A DNA stretch of 64,000 nt from an uncultured Rickettsiales bacterium (GTDB taxonomy: Bacteria > Myxococcota_A > UBA796 > UBA9615). The position numbers were made by a program, and so were the translations under genes. Below are positions 53,442 to 63,253 of the stretch, one piece after another. The notes under the pieces were generated by a model. The model was not told where the DNA came from. It made no database searches and worked only from the letters and a program-made list of their open reading frames with translations. Location of the stretch: NCBI GenBank assembly GCA_964490445.1, contig CAZBDA010000017.1, forward strand, positions 148-64,147, in the 5' to 3' direction. Positions within the stretch are counted from its first letter, which is position 1. The number at the start of each line of letters is the position of its first letter.

Positions 53442-56400
53442 GTGTCATCCGCCAACTTCCCCAGACCTCCCGAGGTCGGCGATCTGCCGACCAGCGAAGA
53501 GGACACGTTACGGTTCTGGCACCAACACAAGGTGTTCGAAGCCTCGCTGCGCAAGCCGGCACCCAAGGGAAACTTCGTCTTCTACGAGGGTCCCCCCACG
53601 GCCAACAACGTGCCTCACGTCGGCCACGCGCTGACTCGCGTCATCAAGGACCTGTTCCCGCGCTTTCGCACCATGCAGGGATACCGGGTGCAACGAAAAG
53701 CCGGCTGGGACACTCATGGACTACCGGTCGAGATCTCCATGGAAAAGGAGCTCGGCTTCAAGGACAAGAACGCCATCGAGGAGTACGGCGTCGAGCCCTT
53801 CAACCAGAAGTGCTACGAGTCCGTACGCCGCTACGAGCGTGACTGGGTCAAGGCAAGCGAGCGACTCGGGTTCTGGCTCGACTACGAGGACGCCTACTTC
53901 ACCTTCACCAACCGCTACGTCGAGTCGGTCTGGTGGATCCTCAAGCAGATGTTCGACAAGGACATGTTGTACGAGGGGCACAAGGTCCTGCCCTACTGCC
54001 CACTGTGCGGAACCACCCAGTCCAGCCACGAGGTCGCGCAGGCCTACCAGGACGTCAAGGACCCGTCGGTAACCGTCGCTTTCAAGGTGCTGCCCGGGCA
54101 GCAGGTGGGCGGCGTCGCTCTCCCCGAAGACAGCTACATCACCGCCTGGACCACCACGCCGTGGACCCTGCCCTCGAACATGGCAGCCTGCGTCCACCCT
54201 GACTTTCGCTATCAACTGATCGAGTCCCAGGCCCAGCCCGGCCGCCACTACCTGCTGGCGGTAGGACTGGAAGGCCCGGTCGAAGAGCTCATCGATAACA
54301 AGCCGGTGGACCTGCGCGCGCAACCCAGCGTCGCCGAGTTCACCGGCAGCGATCTCGAAGGCCTGCAGTACGAGCCACTGTTCGCCTTCTCCGGGACAGA
54401 CACCGAGGCAGCCGATGATCGCGCTGGAAACTGGTCCGTCGTGGTCGACCCCTACGTGACCCTGGAATCAGGGACCGGCATCGTCCACGTCGCGCCTGCC
54501 TTTGGCGAGGACGACCATCGAGTTGGGATGCGCTACGGGCTGACGATGTACTGCGCCCTCGAGCCAGGAGGTCGCTTCAAGGCGCACACCGGCGACTATG
54601 CGGACATGTGGTTCAAGGACGCGGACCCGGAGATCATCGGCGACCTCAAGCAGCGCGGGCTGCTGGTGCGCTCGGGTCGATACGAGCACCCCTACCCTCA
54701 CTGCTGGCGACACGGCACGCCCCTTTACTACTTCGCTACTTCTTCCTGGTTCGTCCGCACGACCGCCATGCGGGAACAGTTGATCGCCGGCAATCAGCAG
54801 ATCAACTGGACTCCCGCCCACATCCGCGATGGGCGCTTCGGCAAGTGGCTCGAAGGAGTGGTCGACTGGGCCCTATCCCGCAAGCGCTACTGGGGTACTC
54901 CGTTGCCCATCTGGCGCTGCGCCGACTGCAACGACATCGACTGCTTTGGCAGCTACGAGGAGTTGTTCGCCCGCGCGGGCAAGGCACTCCCCGAGAATCC
55001 TTACGATCGGGAGCAGTGGAACCCCCACCGGCCCTTTGTCGATGACATCAGCTACGCCTGCGGGCAGTGCGGCGGCAGCAAGGCTCGCGTAGTCGAGGTG
55101 ATCGACTGCTGGTTCGACGCCGGCTCGATGCCCTTTGCTCAGCATCATTACCCCTTTGACGAGGAAGGGCGGCGACTCGTCGACAGCGGCGAGGCCTTTC
55201 CCGCAGACTTCATCTCCGAGGCGGTCGACCAGACGCGTGGCTGGTTCTACACACTGCACGTAATTGCGACCTTCTTGAAAGGCCGCCCCGCATTCGACAA
55301 CTGCGTCGTACTCGGCCACCTGCTCGACGAGAACGGCCGCAAGATGAGTAAGAGCATCGGCAACGTCGTGGCTCCGGACGAGATCATCGATCGCTTCGGC
55401 GCCGACGCCTTTCGCTGGTTCCTGTATCGCTCCAATCCCACGCTACCCTCGCGCTTCGGACCCGGACCGGTTCGCGACAGCCTGAAGGCCTTTCTGATCC
55501 CTCTGCTCAACGCCTGGTCGTTCTTTTCGATCTACGCTGGCATCGACGGCTTCTTGCCCAATGACCGCAACCGAGCACCCGAGTTCTCGTCCCGGCCGCC
55601 CTTGGATCGCTGGATCCTCTCCCAGTTGCACACGACGACCTCTGCCGTCACGGATGACTTGAGCCAGCACCGAATCGTGCCGGCCACCGAGGCGCTGGAG
55701 ACCTTCATCGAGGCACTCACCAACTGGTACATCCGTCGTTCCCGGCGTCGCTTCTGGAAGTCCGAAGCCGACAGCGACAAGGCCGCCGCCCACTGGACCC
55801 TGTACGAAGTGCTGACCACCCTGGCCACGCTGATCGCGCCGTTCACCCCCTATCTCGCGGAGCAAATGCACCAGGGCCTGGTACGGCCCTTTCGCAAGGA
55901 CTCGACGATGTCGGTGCACCTCGACGAGTGGCCCGAGGCTGACCCCTCACAGGTCGACTCCGCGATCGTCGAACGCATGGCGGCTGCCCGCCAGGCGGTC
56001 ACCCTCGGTCATGCAGCCCGGCAGAACGCCTCGCTGGGCGTTCGCCAGCCCCTGGCATCCGCCACCATCGTGACGGTAAGCGCAGGGGTCCTACGCTCTC
56101 TGCAGGACCCCGAGACACGCACCGTAGTCTGCGAGGAACTGAACGTACGCAGCCTCGATTTCGCGCAAGACCGCGGCACCTACGTCACCTACCAGGTAAA
56201 GCCGAACTTCCGAACCCTTGGCAAGAGGCTCGGCAAACAGATGCCCGCCCTCGCGAAGGCTGTCGCTGGTCTCGATGCTGCGGTCGCGGTGGCCCGTTGG
56301 GAAAGCGACAGACAACTCGAGGTAACCCTCGAAGACGGCTCGGTCGTACCACTCACCGGCGAGGACCTCGAGGTTCGCATTCAACAACGCGAAGGAACCG

Positions 56401-56720
56401 CGTCCGCCTTTGACGAGACCGTGCTGGTGGCAATCGACACCGAGATCAGCGAAGAGCTGCTTCGCGAGGGCGTCGCTCGCGAGGTGATCAACCGCATTCA
56501 GGCTCTGCGCAAGGAACTCAACCTCGCCTACGACGACCGGATTTCACTATCGTGGGATGGTGGACCTGCCGTCGTCGACGCACTGCAGTACCATGAGCAA
56601 CTGGTTGCTAGCGAAGTGCTCGCGGTGCAGTTCCAGCGTTGTGAGGGCTTGCAGGTCACCAAGGCAGACAGTGTCCGCGGCGAACCGCTGGCAATCCAGG
56701 TGGAGATCGCATCCCAGTGA
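53442..56720 (+). CDS. ileS: isoleucyl-tRNA synthetase (type 2, about 1090 aa)
   Basis: HIGH-type PHVGHA and KMSKS (RKMSKSIGN). Class I editing-domain architecture. Confidence 0.95.
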   Translation: MSSANFPRPPEVGDLPTSEEDTLRFWHQHKVFEASLRKPAPKGNFVFYEGPPTANNVPHVGHALTRVIKDLFPRFRTMQGYRVQRKAGWDTHGLPVEISMEKELGFKDKNAIEEYGVEPFNQKCYESVRRYERDWVKASERLGFWLDYEDAYFTFTNRYVESVWWILKQMFDKDMLYEGHKVLPYCPLCGTTQSSHEVAQAYQDVKDPSVTVAFKVLPGQQVGGVALPEDSYITAWTTTPWTLPSNMAACVHPDFRYQLIESQAQPGRHYLLAVGLEGPVEELIDNKPVDLRAQPSVAEFTGSDLEGLQYEPLFAFSGTDTEAADDRAGNWSVVVDPYVTLESGTGIVHVAPAFGEDDHRVGMRYGLTMYCALEPGGRFKAHTGDYADMWFKDADPEIIGDLKQRGLLVRSGRYEHPYPHCWRHGTPLYYFATSSWFVRTTAMREQLIAGNQQINWTPAHIRDGRFGKWLEGVVDWALSRKRYWGTPLPIWRCADCNDIDCFGSYEELFARAGKALPENPYDREQWNPHRPFVDDISYACGQCGGSKARVVEVIDCWFDAGSMPFAQHHYPFDEEGRRLVDSGEAFPADFISEAVDQTRGWFYTLHVIATFLKGRPAFDNCVVLGHLLDENGRKMSKSIGNVVAPDEIIDRFGADAFRWFLYRSNPTLPSRFGPGPVRDSLKAFLIPLLNAWSFFSIYAGIDGFLPNDRNRAPEFSSRPPLDRWILSQLHTTTSAVTDDLSQHRIVPATEALETFIEALTNWYIRRSRRRFWKSEADSDKAAAHWTLYEVLTTLATLIAPFTPYLAEQMHQGLVRPFRKDSTMSVHLDEWPEADPSQVDSAIVERMAAARQAVTLGHAARQNASLGVRQPLASATIVTVSAGVLRSLQDPETRTVVCEELNVRSLDFAQDRGTYVTYQVKPNFRTLGKRLGKQMPALAKAVAGLDAAVAVARWESDRQLEVTLEDGSVVPLTGEDLEVRIQQREGTASAFDETVLVAIDTEISEELLREGVAREVINRIQALRKELNLAYDDRISLSWDGGPAVVDALQYHEQLVASEVLAVQFQRCEGLQVTKADSVRGEPLAIQVEIASQ

Positions 56721-57934
56721 GTGAAGGCGACGACAAGGCAAAGACGAGCCTGCTGCCCGACGAGGTACTCACTGCCGATGTGCGCGCTGAAGTAGAAACC
56801 ATCGAAGACGATGGCATCGAGGCGGCCGCCATGGCCCATCGGATCGATGGCTACACGGACAAGCCCATCACCCTCGACGTACCCTCGTTGGCCCCTGATG
56901 GTGCCACTGGTTCCATCGATCTGGACACAGCGTCGATACCCGTAGAGCCCGGCCCGTCTCCTGTGGACACCAGCTCGGTGCCCGCCGACACCGGCTCCTT
57001 CTCGCCGGATGCGGATCACCGCACCAATACCGTCGGCAGTAGCAGCGTTCCGATCCGGGCCGCCGACAGCCATGTCGCGGTACGCGACCCGCTTCGTGCC
57101 TACATGGCAGAGGTATCACGCTACGACCTGCTGACCGTCGAAGAAGAAGTGTCGCTCGCCGAGCGCTACCAGGAACACGGTGACCCACAGGCTGCCTACA
57201 AGCTGGTGACCGCCAACCTCAGGCTGGTGGCGAAGATCGCCTTCAAGTATCGGCGCTACTACAAGAACGTCCTCGACCTGATCCAGGAAGGCAACATCGG
57301 CCTGATGAAAGCGGTCCAGCGCTTTGACCCCAACCGGGGCGTGCGCCTGAGCACCTATGCCCGCTACTGGATCCAGGCCTACGTCATGTACTTCCTGTTG
57401 GCCAACCACCGCATCGTCAAGGTCGGCACTACCCAGGCCAAGCGCAAGCTGTTCTACAACCTCAACAAGGAGACCAAGCGGCTGCGCAACATGGGCTTCG
57501 ATCCGACGCCGCAGCGCATCGCTGAGAGTCTCGACGTCGACGTCAAGGACGTCATCGAGATGAAGCAACGCATGTCCTCACCGGACGCAAGCCTCGATGC
57601 GCCCGTGGGGCAGGAAGACGACCGAACCCTCGGACAGACCATTCCATCCCATGGCCCCGACCCCGACGACGAGGTCGGCGAGGCGGAGATGATGCACCTT
57701 GTCGGCGGTGCGATGCGGGCCTTCGGCGCGACCCTCGAAAACGAGCGCGAGTTGATCATCTGGCACCAGCGACTCATGTCGGAAGACCCACTTACCCTGG
57801 AAGAGATCGGCCAGGAGTTCGACCTCACCCGCGAGCGAGTACGCCAGATCGAGGCGGGCATGAAGCAGAAGCTGAAGTCCTTTCTCCTCGACAAGCTCGG
57901 AACCGAAGTCGAACTTTCGGTGGAAGGTCACTGA
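56717..57934 (+). CDS. sigma-70-family RNA polymerase sigma factor, RpoH (sigma-32)-like, with an acidic N-terminal extension of about 110 aa
   Basis: Regions 2-4. RpoH-box-like QAKRKLFYNLNKETKRL. ATGA overlap with the ileS stop. Confidence 0.8.
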   Translation: MSEGDDKAKTSLLPDEVLTADVRAEVETIEDDGIEAAAMAHRIDGYTDKPITLDVPSLAPDGATGSIDLDTASIPVEPGPSPVDTSSVPADTGSFSPDADHRTNTVGSSSVPIRAADSHVAVRDPLRAYMAEVSRYDLLTVEEEVSLAERYQEHGDPQAAYKLVTANLRLVAKIAFKYRRYYKNVLDLIQEGNIGLMKAVQRFDPNRGVRLSTYARYWIQAYVMYFLLANHRIVKVGTTQAKRKLFYNLNKETKRLRNMGFDPTPQRIAESLDVDVKDVIEMKQRMSSPDASLDAPVGQEDDRTLGQTIPSHGPDPDDEVGEAEMMHLVGGAMRAFGATLENERELIIWHQRLMSEDPLTLEEIGQEFDLTRERVRQIEAGMKQKLKSFLLDKLGTEVELSVEGH

Positions 57935-57943
57935 GGCCAACAC

Positions 57944-60124
57944 GTGCAATACCGAGGCCTTGAGCTCGACCCCTTCCAACAAGAGGCCATCGAGCATGCA
58001 CAGAATCAGCGTAGTGTGCTGGTTTCCGCACCCACCGGCACGGGCAAGACCATCATCGCCGACTACATCGTCGAGCAAGCGCTGGGCGAGAAAAAGAGCG
58101 TCATCTACACCGCGCCCGTAAAGGCACTATCCAACCAGAAGTTCCGCGACTATTGCGGCCTGTACGGCGCGGACAACGTCGGCCTGATCACCGGCGACCT
58201 GGTCATCAACCGGGATGCGCCGCTGCGCATCATGACCACCGAGATCCTGCGCAACATGTTGCTGACGGGCGAGAGCCTGGACCACCTGAGCTACGTGATC
58301 ATCGACGAGATTCACTTTCTCGACGATATCGAGCGCGGCACGGTCTGGGAGGAAGTCCTCATCTACCTCCCGCCGACAGTAAACATCCTCGGACTCTCCG
58401 CAACACTGGCCAACATCCGCGAGTTTGCTGACTGGCTCACCCATGTCCGCGGCACTCAGGTCGAAGTGGTGGTCAGCGAGCACCGACATGTGCCCCTGGA
58501 CGTCTACCTCGCCAACCGAGACGCCGGAGCCTGCAACATCACCCGCTACGAGCACCTGCAACGACGATGGGTTCAGGTCGCCAAACAAAAGAGCAATGAA
58601 ATCAGAAAGTCCCGGGACAAGGAACGTCGGGGACGGGGAGGGCGCCGGCGGGGAGGGCGGCGCGCTTCGCGGCGGCTGACCCTGCCGGGACAGGCAGAAA
58701 CCAGGCACTACGAGATCGTCAAGATGCTCGGCGAGCCCTTCAGGCCACTGCTCTACTTCGTGTTCTCGCGAAAGATGAGCGAACAGTTCGCTCGGGAACT
58801 CAACCGGCGAGGGCCTGGGGACGGCTTCACGAACGACGACGAGAAGCTGCTGATCAAGGCACGGATCGACCAGTTCGACGAGGACTTCGTCAAGGTCATG
58901 ACCTCTGAGCAGGAGGACATGTACCTCAAAGGCATCGCCTATCACCACGCGGGGCTGCACGTCGGCCTCAAGGGCTTTGTCGAGGAGCTCTACGAGAAGC
59001 GCCTGATCAAGGTGCTCTACTGCACGTCCACCTTTGCCCTGGGGATCAACATGCCGGCGCGCTGCGTGTGCTTCCAGAGTCTACGTAAGTACGACGGCCG
59101 CGGCGTAGTCCCCCTGACCGTGCGTCAGTTCATGCAGAAGGCTGGCCGCGCCGGTCGGCGAGGGCTCGACGACGTCGGCTACGTGGTGATTCTCCAGGAG
59201 TTCGCAGACTTCGAGCGCGACCAGGAGGCTATTCGAGCCTACATTGGCGGCCGCCACGAACAGGTTCGGTCGGCCTTCAACCTCAGCTTCAACTCGGTAG
59301 TGAACCTACTGGCCCGCCACGAGCGCAACCTCGACGACATCCGAGACGTCATCAACAAGAGCTTTCTCAACTTCCACTTCCTGCAACGGGCACAGCGCGA
59401 CTCTCAGCGCCTCGAAGACATCCGCCGTTCCCTGGTTCGCGACCAGTGGGATCCCGAGCAGGAGGGTGCTCCACCGCCACCGAAGGCCCTGAGCGGCCGG
59501 GCAAAGAAGTACCGCAAGCTGAAAAAGCTCATGGGACGTGATCAGGACAGGGTCTTCAAAGACTTCTCACGCAAGGTCGAGCTCCTGCAGGGCATTGGCT
59601 ACCTGCAAAAAGACCTCAGCTTCAACGCCGGAGCACAGGTCCTGCAGCACCTGCAGATCGAAGAGATCTTCTCCTCCGAGATCGTGCTCCTGGGCATCCT
59701 CGACAGCCTCGAACCCGAGTTGATCTTCGCGGGCCTGTGTGCCCTGTCGAACACCTTCTCCCGCACGGTCGAGGTACGCGAGCGGCCGCGAGGCACCGCC
59801 GCGAAGCTGGCCAAAGCACTACGCGCTGTTCGCTACGGCGAGGCCGTCCGTACCTGCGAGCACGCCATCGGCATCCCAGTCACCTTCACGCCGGAGATGA
59901 TTCCCTTCGGCTTGGGCTGGTACCAGGGCAAGACGCTGTCCGAGTTGATGCTGATGATCGACAGCGCCAACGACGTCTCCGGCGACCTGGTGTCCGCATT
60001 CCGGCGAACCAAGGACCTGTGTAATCAGTTGCGCCGCGTGTATTCAGAAGATCCCTACATGTCGGAGAAGTTGCGTGAGATTGCCAAGACCGTCTCCCGA
60101 GATGAAGTCGAAGTGGTTGGCTGA
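57944..60124 (+). CDS. Ski2-like DEAD/DEAH-box SF2 helicase
   Basis: APTGTGKT, DEIHFL, SAT, and the helicase C-terminal QKAGRAGRRG. Confidence 0.85.
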   Translation: MQYRGLELDPFQQEAIEHAQNQRSVLVSAPTGTGKTIIADYIVEQALGEKKSVIYTAPVKALSNQKFRDYCGLYGADNVGLITGDLVINRDAPLRIMTTEILRNMLLTGESLDHLSYVIIDEIHFLDDIERGTVWEEVLIYLPPTVNILGLSATLANIREFADWLTHVRGTQVEVVVSEHRHVPLDVYLANRDAGACNITRYEHLQRRWVQVAKQKSNEIRKSRDKERRGRGGRRRGGRRASRRLTLPGQAETRHYEIVKMLGEPFRPLLYFVFSRKMSEQFARELNRRGPGDGFTNDDEKLLIKARIDQFDEDFVKVMTSEQEDMYLKGIAYHHAGLHVGLKGFVEELYEKRLIKVLYCTSTFALGINMPARCVCFQSLRKYDGRGVVPLTVRQFMQKAGRAGRRGLDDVGYVVILQEFADFERDQEAIRAYIGGRHEQVRSAFNLSFNSVVNLLARHERNLDDIRDVINKSFLNFHFLQRAQRDSQRLEDIRRSLVRDQWDPEQEGAPPPPKALSGRAKKYRKLKKLMGRDQDRVFKDFSRKVELLQGIGYLQKDLSFNAGAQVLQHLQIEEIFSSEIVLLGILDSLEPELIFAGLCALSNTFSRTVEVRERPRGTAAKLAKALRAVRYGEAVRTCEHAIGIPVTFTPEMIPFGLGWYQGKTLSELMLMIDSANDVSGDLVSAFRRTKDLCNQLRRVYSEDPYMSEKLREIAKTVSRDEVEVVG

Positions 60125-60136
60125 GAACCCTTTGCT

Positions 60137-60808
60137 ATGAAGCTGGTCGCGATCCACGGTCTACCGACCTCGCCCCGACTCTGGGAACGTCTCCAACTGC
60201 CGCCAAACTGGACGCTACACGCTCCCGAAGTGCCCGGACTCGGCGCTGATGGAACACCGGCCGATTGGAGCCTCGAAGAGTGTGCCAGGCAGCTGGCGCC
60301 GACGGCCCGAGACGCCGACCTCCTGATCGGCCATGACCTGGGCGGTGTGCTCTGCGCGATGCTGGCACAGCCCGGGCAGGGAGTGGTGCTTTCGGGAACG
60401 GCGCTGGGCCTGTATTGGTCGGCGATCCGAATGACGGCTCTCCCGAAGGTGCACCGTTGGTTCTACGAACGACACGCAGGGCGCCGGTTCCTGGCCGCTG
60501 GTTGTCTTCCAGAGCATGCCGGTTCACTGCTCGAGGTCTTCGGCGACCATGGTCCGGGCTGGCCGCAGCGAATGCGCCGCATTGCCCTGGCGATGAAGCC
60601 CCCCCGAGATCTCGCCCGACGGCTACGCTCCTGTGGGGTCCGGCTGATCTGGGGCAAACGAGACCCGTGGTATCCCCAACGAATCGCCCGTGCGGTCCAG
60701 CGAACTACAGGTGGGCAGTTGCACTGGCTGAACTGCGGCCACTTTGCCCCGTGGGAAGACCCCCGCGGCTTCACCGCCATCCTGACGGGCCGAGAGCAGG
60801 CCGACTAG
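60137..60808 (+). CDS. alpha/beta-fold hydrolase family protein
   Basis: LIGHDLGG nucleophile elbow. About 223 aa. Confidence 0.65.
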   Translation: MKLVAIHGLPTSPRLWERLQLPPNWTLHAPEVPGLGADGTPADWSLEECARQLAPTARDADLLIGHDLGGVLCAMLAQPGQGVVLSGTALGLYWSAIRMTALPKVHRWFYERHAGRRFLAAGCLPEHAGSLLEVFGDHGPGWPQRMRRIALAMKPPRDLARRLRSCGVRLIWGKRDPWYPQRIARAVQRTTGGQLHWLNCGHFAPWEDPRGFTAILTGREQAD

Positions 60809-61401
60809 AGCTTCTTGGCCGCCGCCAGCATCTCCTCGAGGATGTCGCCCGTGCCGCCCTTCTGAAAAGCCCGCACGATCCACGTCGGGACACGGCCACC
60901 GGGGTCATAACGCAGCGAGTATTCCACCTTGTTGATGCCATCCTTACCCGGCCGCACAAGCCAGTGACCGTCATTCAGCGGTACGTCAATCCGGCCCTCG
61001 ACCAGCGGCTCCTGCTTGTCGGACCGGGCCCAGCTGACCTTGTAGCCGCCACCGGCCAGGTCCTCGTGACTGAATGTCAGGGTGATCTGCCGATCCGAGA
61101 TGCCATCGGCCTGGTGAACCTGCAACACCCGCCCATCGGCCAGCACCTCGCTCTGGACGACCGAGCTCAGATACTCATCGTGATTAGCGACGTTCTTGAA
61201 GGCTGCCTTGAGCTTGTCGATGGGCACCTTCCAGTCGCACGACGCGATGACCAGGTTGTTGCCGTCGGCGTCACGATCTCCGACGGTGATGTCACAATCC
61301 ACTCGCTTGCCGACGGACTTGCGACTACCCGCCTGGACATCGACCAGAAAGGACACCTGCAACAGGGCAACGAGCAACAAGAGCAAGAGGTCCTTCATCA
61401 T
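60805..61401 (-). CDS. secreted SRPBCC (START/Bet v1-like) lipid-binding domain protein
   Basis: Signal peptide MMKDLLLLLLVALLQVSFLVDVQA. About 170-aa beta-grip-like body. ATGA overlap with the upstream acyltransferase. Confidence 0.5.
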   Translation of the reverse strand: MMKDLLLLLLVALLQVSFLVDVQAGSRKSVGKRVDCDITVGDRDADGNNLVIASCDWKVPIDKLKAAFKNVANHDEYLSSVVQSEVLADGRVLQVHQADGISDRQITLTFSHEDLAGGGYKVSWARSDKQEPLVEGRIDVPLNDGHWLVRPGKDGINKVEYSLRYDPGGRVPTWIVRAFQKGGTGDILEEMLAAAKKL

Positions 61402-62183
61402 GATTCTCCTTCTGGGGGCTGCGCTTCGCCAGCCTCCACCTGGGACTTGAGACGAGCAATCTCGGTCATAACCTCATCAATAATCGCCTGGGCAAGAGGC
61501 CCATCCAGCGGCTGGTCCCAGTATTGACTCAGGTCCATCGGCGGGCCGAAGGCAATCAGCGCCTTGCCCGCATTGAGTCGGGGCAGAATGTGACCGCTGG
61601 GCCACTGATCCTCGAAACCGCGGACGTACGTAGGCAGGACCAGCGAGCGCGCGTGGTGCACGATCATCCCGACGCCGCGCTTGCCCGGCAGCAACTCTCC
61701 ATCGGGACTTCGCGTACCTTCGGGGAACAACAGCACGTTCTTCCCCGACTTCAGCAGGTCTTCCATCAGCCCAACCGCTTTCATGTCGCGCTCGCCGCGA
61801 CGCACGGGAAAGGTATGTACCGCCGTCGCCAACTGCCAGAAGAAAGCCACCAGCCAGCCCTTGTAGAACTCGGCTTTCGATGGGAACCAGAACGAACGAG
61901 GGTACAGGTACGCAGCAATCACCGGCGCCTCGGCCTTGGAGATGTGATTGCACAGCAAAAAGAAGCCAGTACCCTTTGGCGGCACGTTCTCCTTGCCCCG
62001 AATCTCGACACCATGCTTCCAAAAGAAAACACAGTAGACAAGGAAAGCCAGGGGCCCCGCTACGACCCTGTAGATGAGGTTCGAGATGCCGAGGCGCACA
62101 ATGGCGACCTCCAGCGACAGGACGAAATCAACCACACGTCGGTTGTATCGAGGTCGGCGGCTGGCACTCGCTGGCTCCGGCAT
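61398..62183 (-). CDS. lysophospholipid (1-acyl-sn-glycerol-3-phosphate) acyltransferase family protein
   Basis: Motif I LCNHISKAE (an NHxxxxD/E variant) and motif III FPEGTRS. The start was chosen at the internal ATG at 62183. Confidence 0.7.
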   Translation of the reverse strand: MPEPASASRRPRYNRRVVDFVLSLEVAIVRLGISNLIYRVVAGPLAFLVYCVFFWKHGVEIRGKENVPPKGTGFFLLCNHISKAEAPVIAAYLYPRSFWFPSKAEFYKGWLVAFFWQLATAVHTFPVRRGERDMKAVGLMEDLLKSGKNVLLFPEGTRSPDGELLPGKRGVGMIVHHARSLVLPTYVRGFEDQWPSGHILPRLNAGKALIAFGPPMDLSQYWDQPLDGPLAQAIIDEVMTEIARLKSQVEAGEAQPPEGES

Positions 62184-62244
62184 GTGGGGGGTTATACTGC
62201 GCCCCGAGTCGCTACGAAAGCCTCGCCATAGATCCCCACGGCAA

Positions 62245-63138
62245 ATTATGCGTTCACTTTTCAGCAGCCTTCGTTCCATCGCACCGTTTCTGTTCAGCGA
62301 GAGACCGGCCCTTGCGCTGACCCGATCTCTGCGCGAGGTGCGCAGCAGTAGCACTCCGAGTGAGGGGTTCAGCGTCGAGCAGAGCCAAAGTGGCCTGCTA
62401 CTGCGCGGCCACCTCGACCACGTGGAACTCAACGGCACGCACCTGGCAGAGTGCGACCTGCGCGGGCTGCAGCTGGACTCCCTCACCTTCGCCGGCGGCC
62501 ACTGGTCTCGAAGCAACCTGCGCGGAATTCAGTTCGGCCGAGTCGAAGCGACTGGCAGCACCTGGACGATCCTGGACTTGGAGTCCGCAAGCCTGCAGGG
62601 CTTCCACGCCGACGAAAGCCACCTCTCTGTATTGTCGTTGCGTGACTCGCGCTGCAGCGACAGTTCGCTGGTGCGGACATCGATCGTACTGTGCGATCTC
62701 AGCGGCGCACAGTTGACCCGAGTGGACCTCAGCGAGTCGCGGCTCGAGGGTTGCGACTTCCAGGGGGCAGTACTCGAGACGGTCTCGTTTCGGGGCGCGG
62801 ACCTGCGTAGTTGCCTGTTTACCGAGGCATGGTTCACTGACGTCAACTTCAGTGACGCGCAGGTTGCTGGAGCAGACTTCCGCCGCGTGGGCGGCCTCAG
62901 CGCCGAGCAGATCGCCAATCTAAAGGAGCGAGGAGCCCGCACCGGCGGTGGTCTCTTCTACCGGCTCTGGGCAAGGCTTCTGGCTCGTAAGCCAGGACCA
63001 GCACCGCACCGCCGGGTGCTCCGCGCAGTAGCCATCACCTGGGCCACGCTGGCCCTGATGGTGCCCAGCCTGTTCTTCCTGAGGGCGATCCTGCACCCCA
63101 TAGACCCGGAGTCACCCCCGTCCTACGAAGACGAGTAG
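62245..63138 (+). CDS. pentapeptide-repeat protein with a C-terminal TM helix
   Basis: Consecutive A(D/N)LxG-type pentapeptides (ECDLRGLQLDSLTFAGGHWSRSNLRGIQF...). C-terminal hydrophobic AITWATLALMVPSLFFL. Confidence 0.75.
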   Translation: MMRSLFSSLRSIAPFLFSERPALALTRSLREVRSSSTPSEGFSVEQSQSGLLLRGHLDHVELNGTHLAECDLRGLQLDSLTFAGGHWSRSNLRGIQFGRVEATGSTWTILDLESASLQGFHADESHLSVLSLRDSRCSDSSLVRTSIVLCDLSGAQLTRVDLSESRLEGCDFQGAVLETVSFRGADLRSCLFTEAWFTDVNFSDAQVAGADFRRVGGLSAEQIANLKERGARTGGGLFYRLWARLLARKPGPAPHRRVLRAVAITWATLALMVPSLFFLRAILHPIDPESPPSYEDE

Positions 63139-63175
63139 CCGGACACGAGCAAAGCTCACTCCCCGCCACCAAGCA

Positions 63176-63214
63176 GAAGCGGCGGAGCCATTCTGGCCCC
63201 GCCGCTTCTTTCAG
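63176..63214 (+). terminator. putative rho-independent terminator (GAAGCGGCGG-loop-CCGCCGCTTC followed by TTTC)
   Basis: A 10-bp perfect GC-rich inverted repeat between convergent genes. The U-tract is weak. Confidence 0.4.
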
Positions 63215-63253
63215 GTGTTCCATCGGGCTCCCGAAGGAGCCCTCAGACAATCG

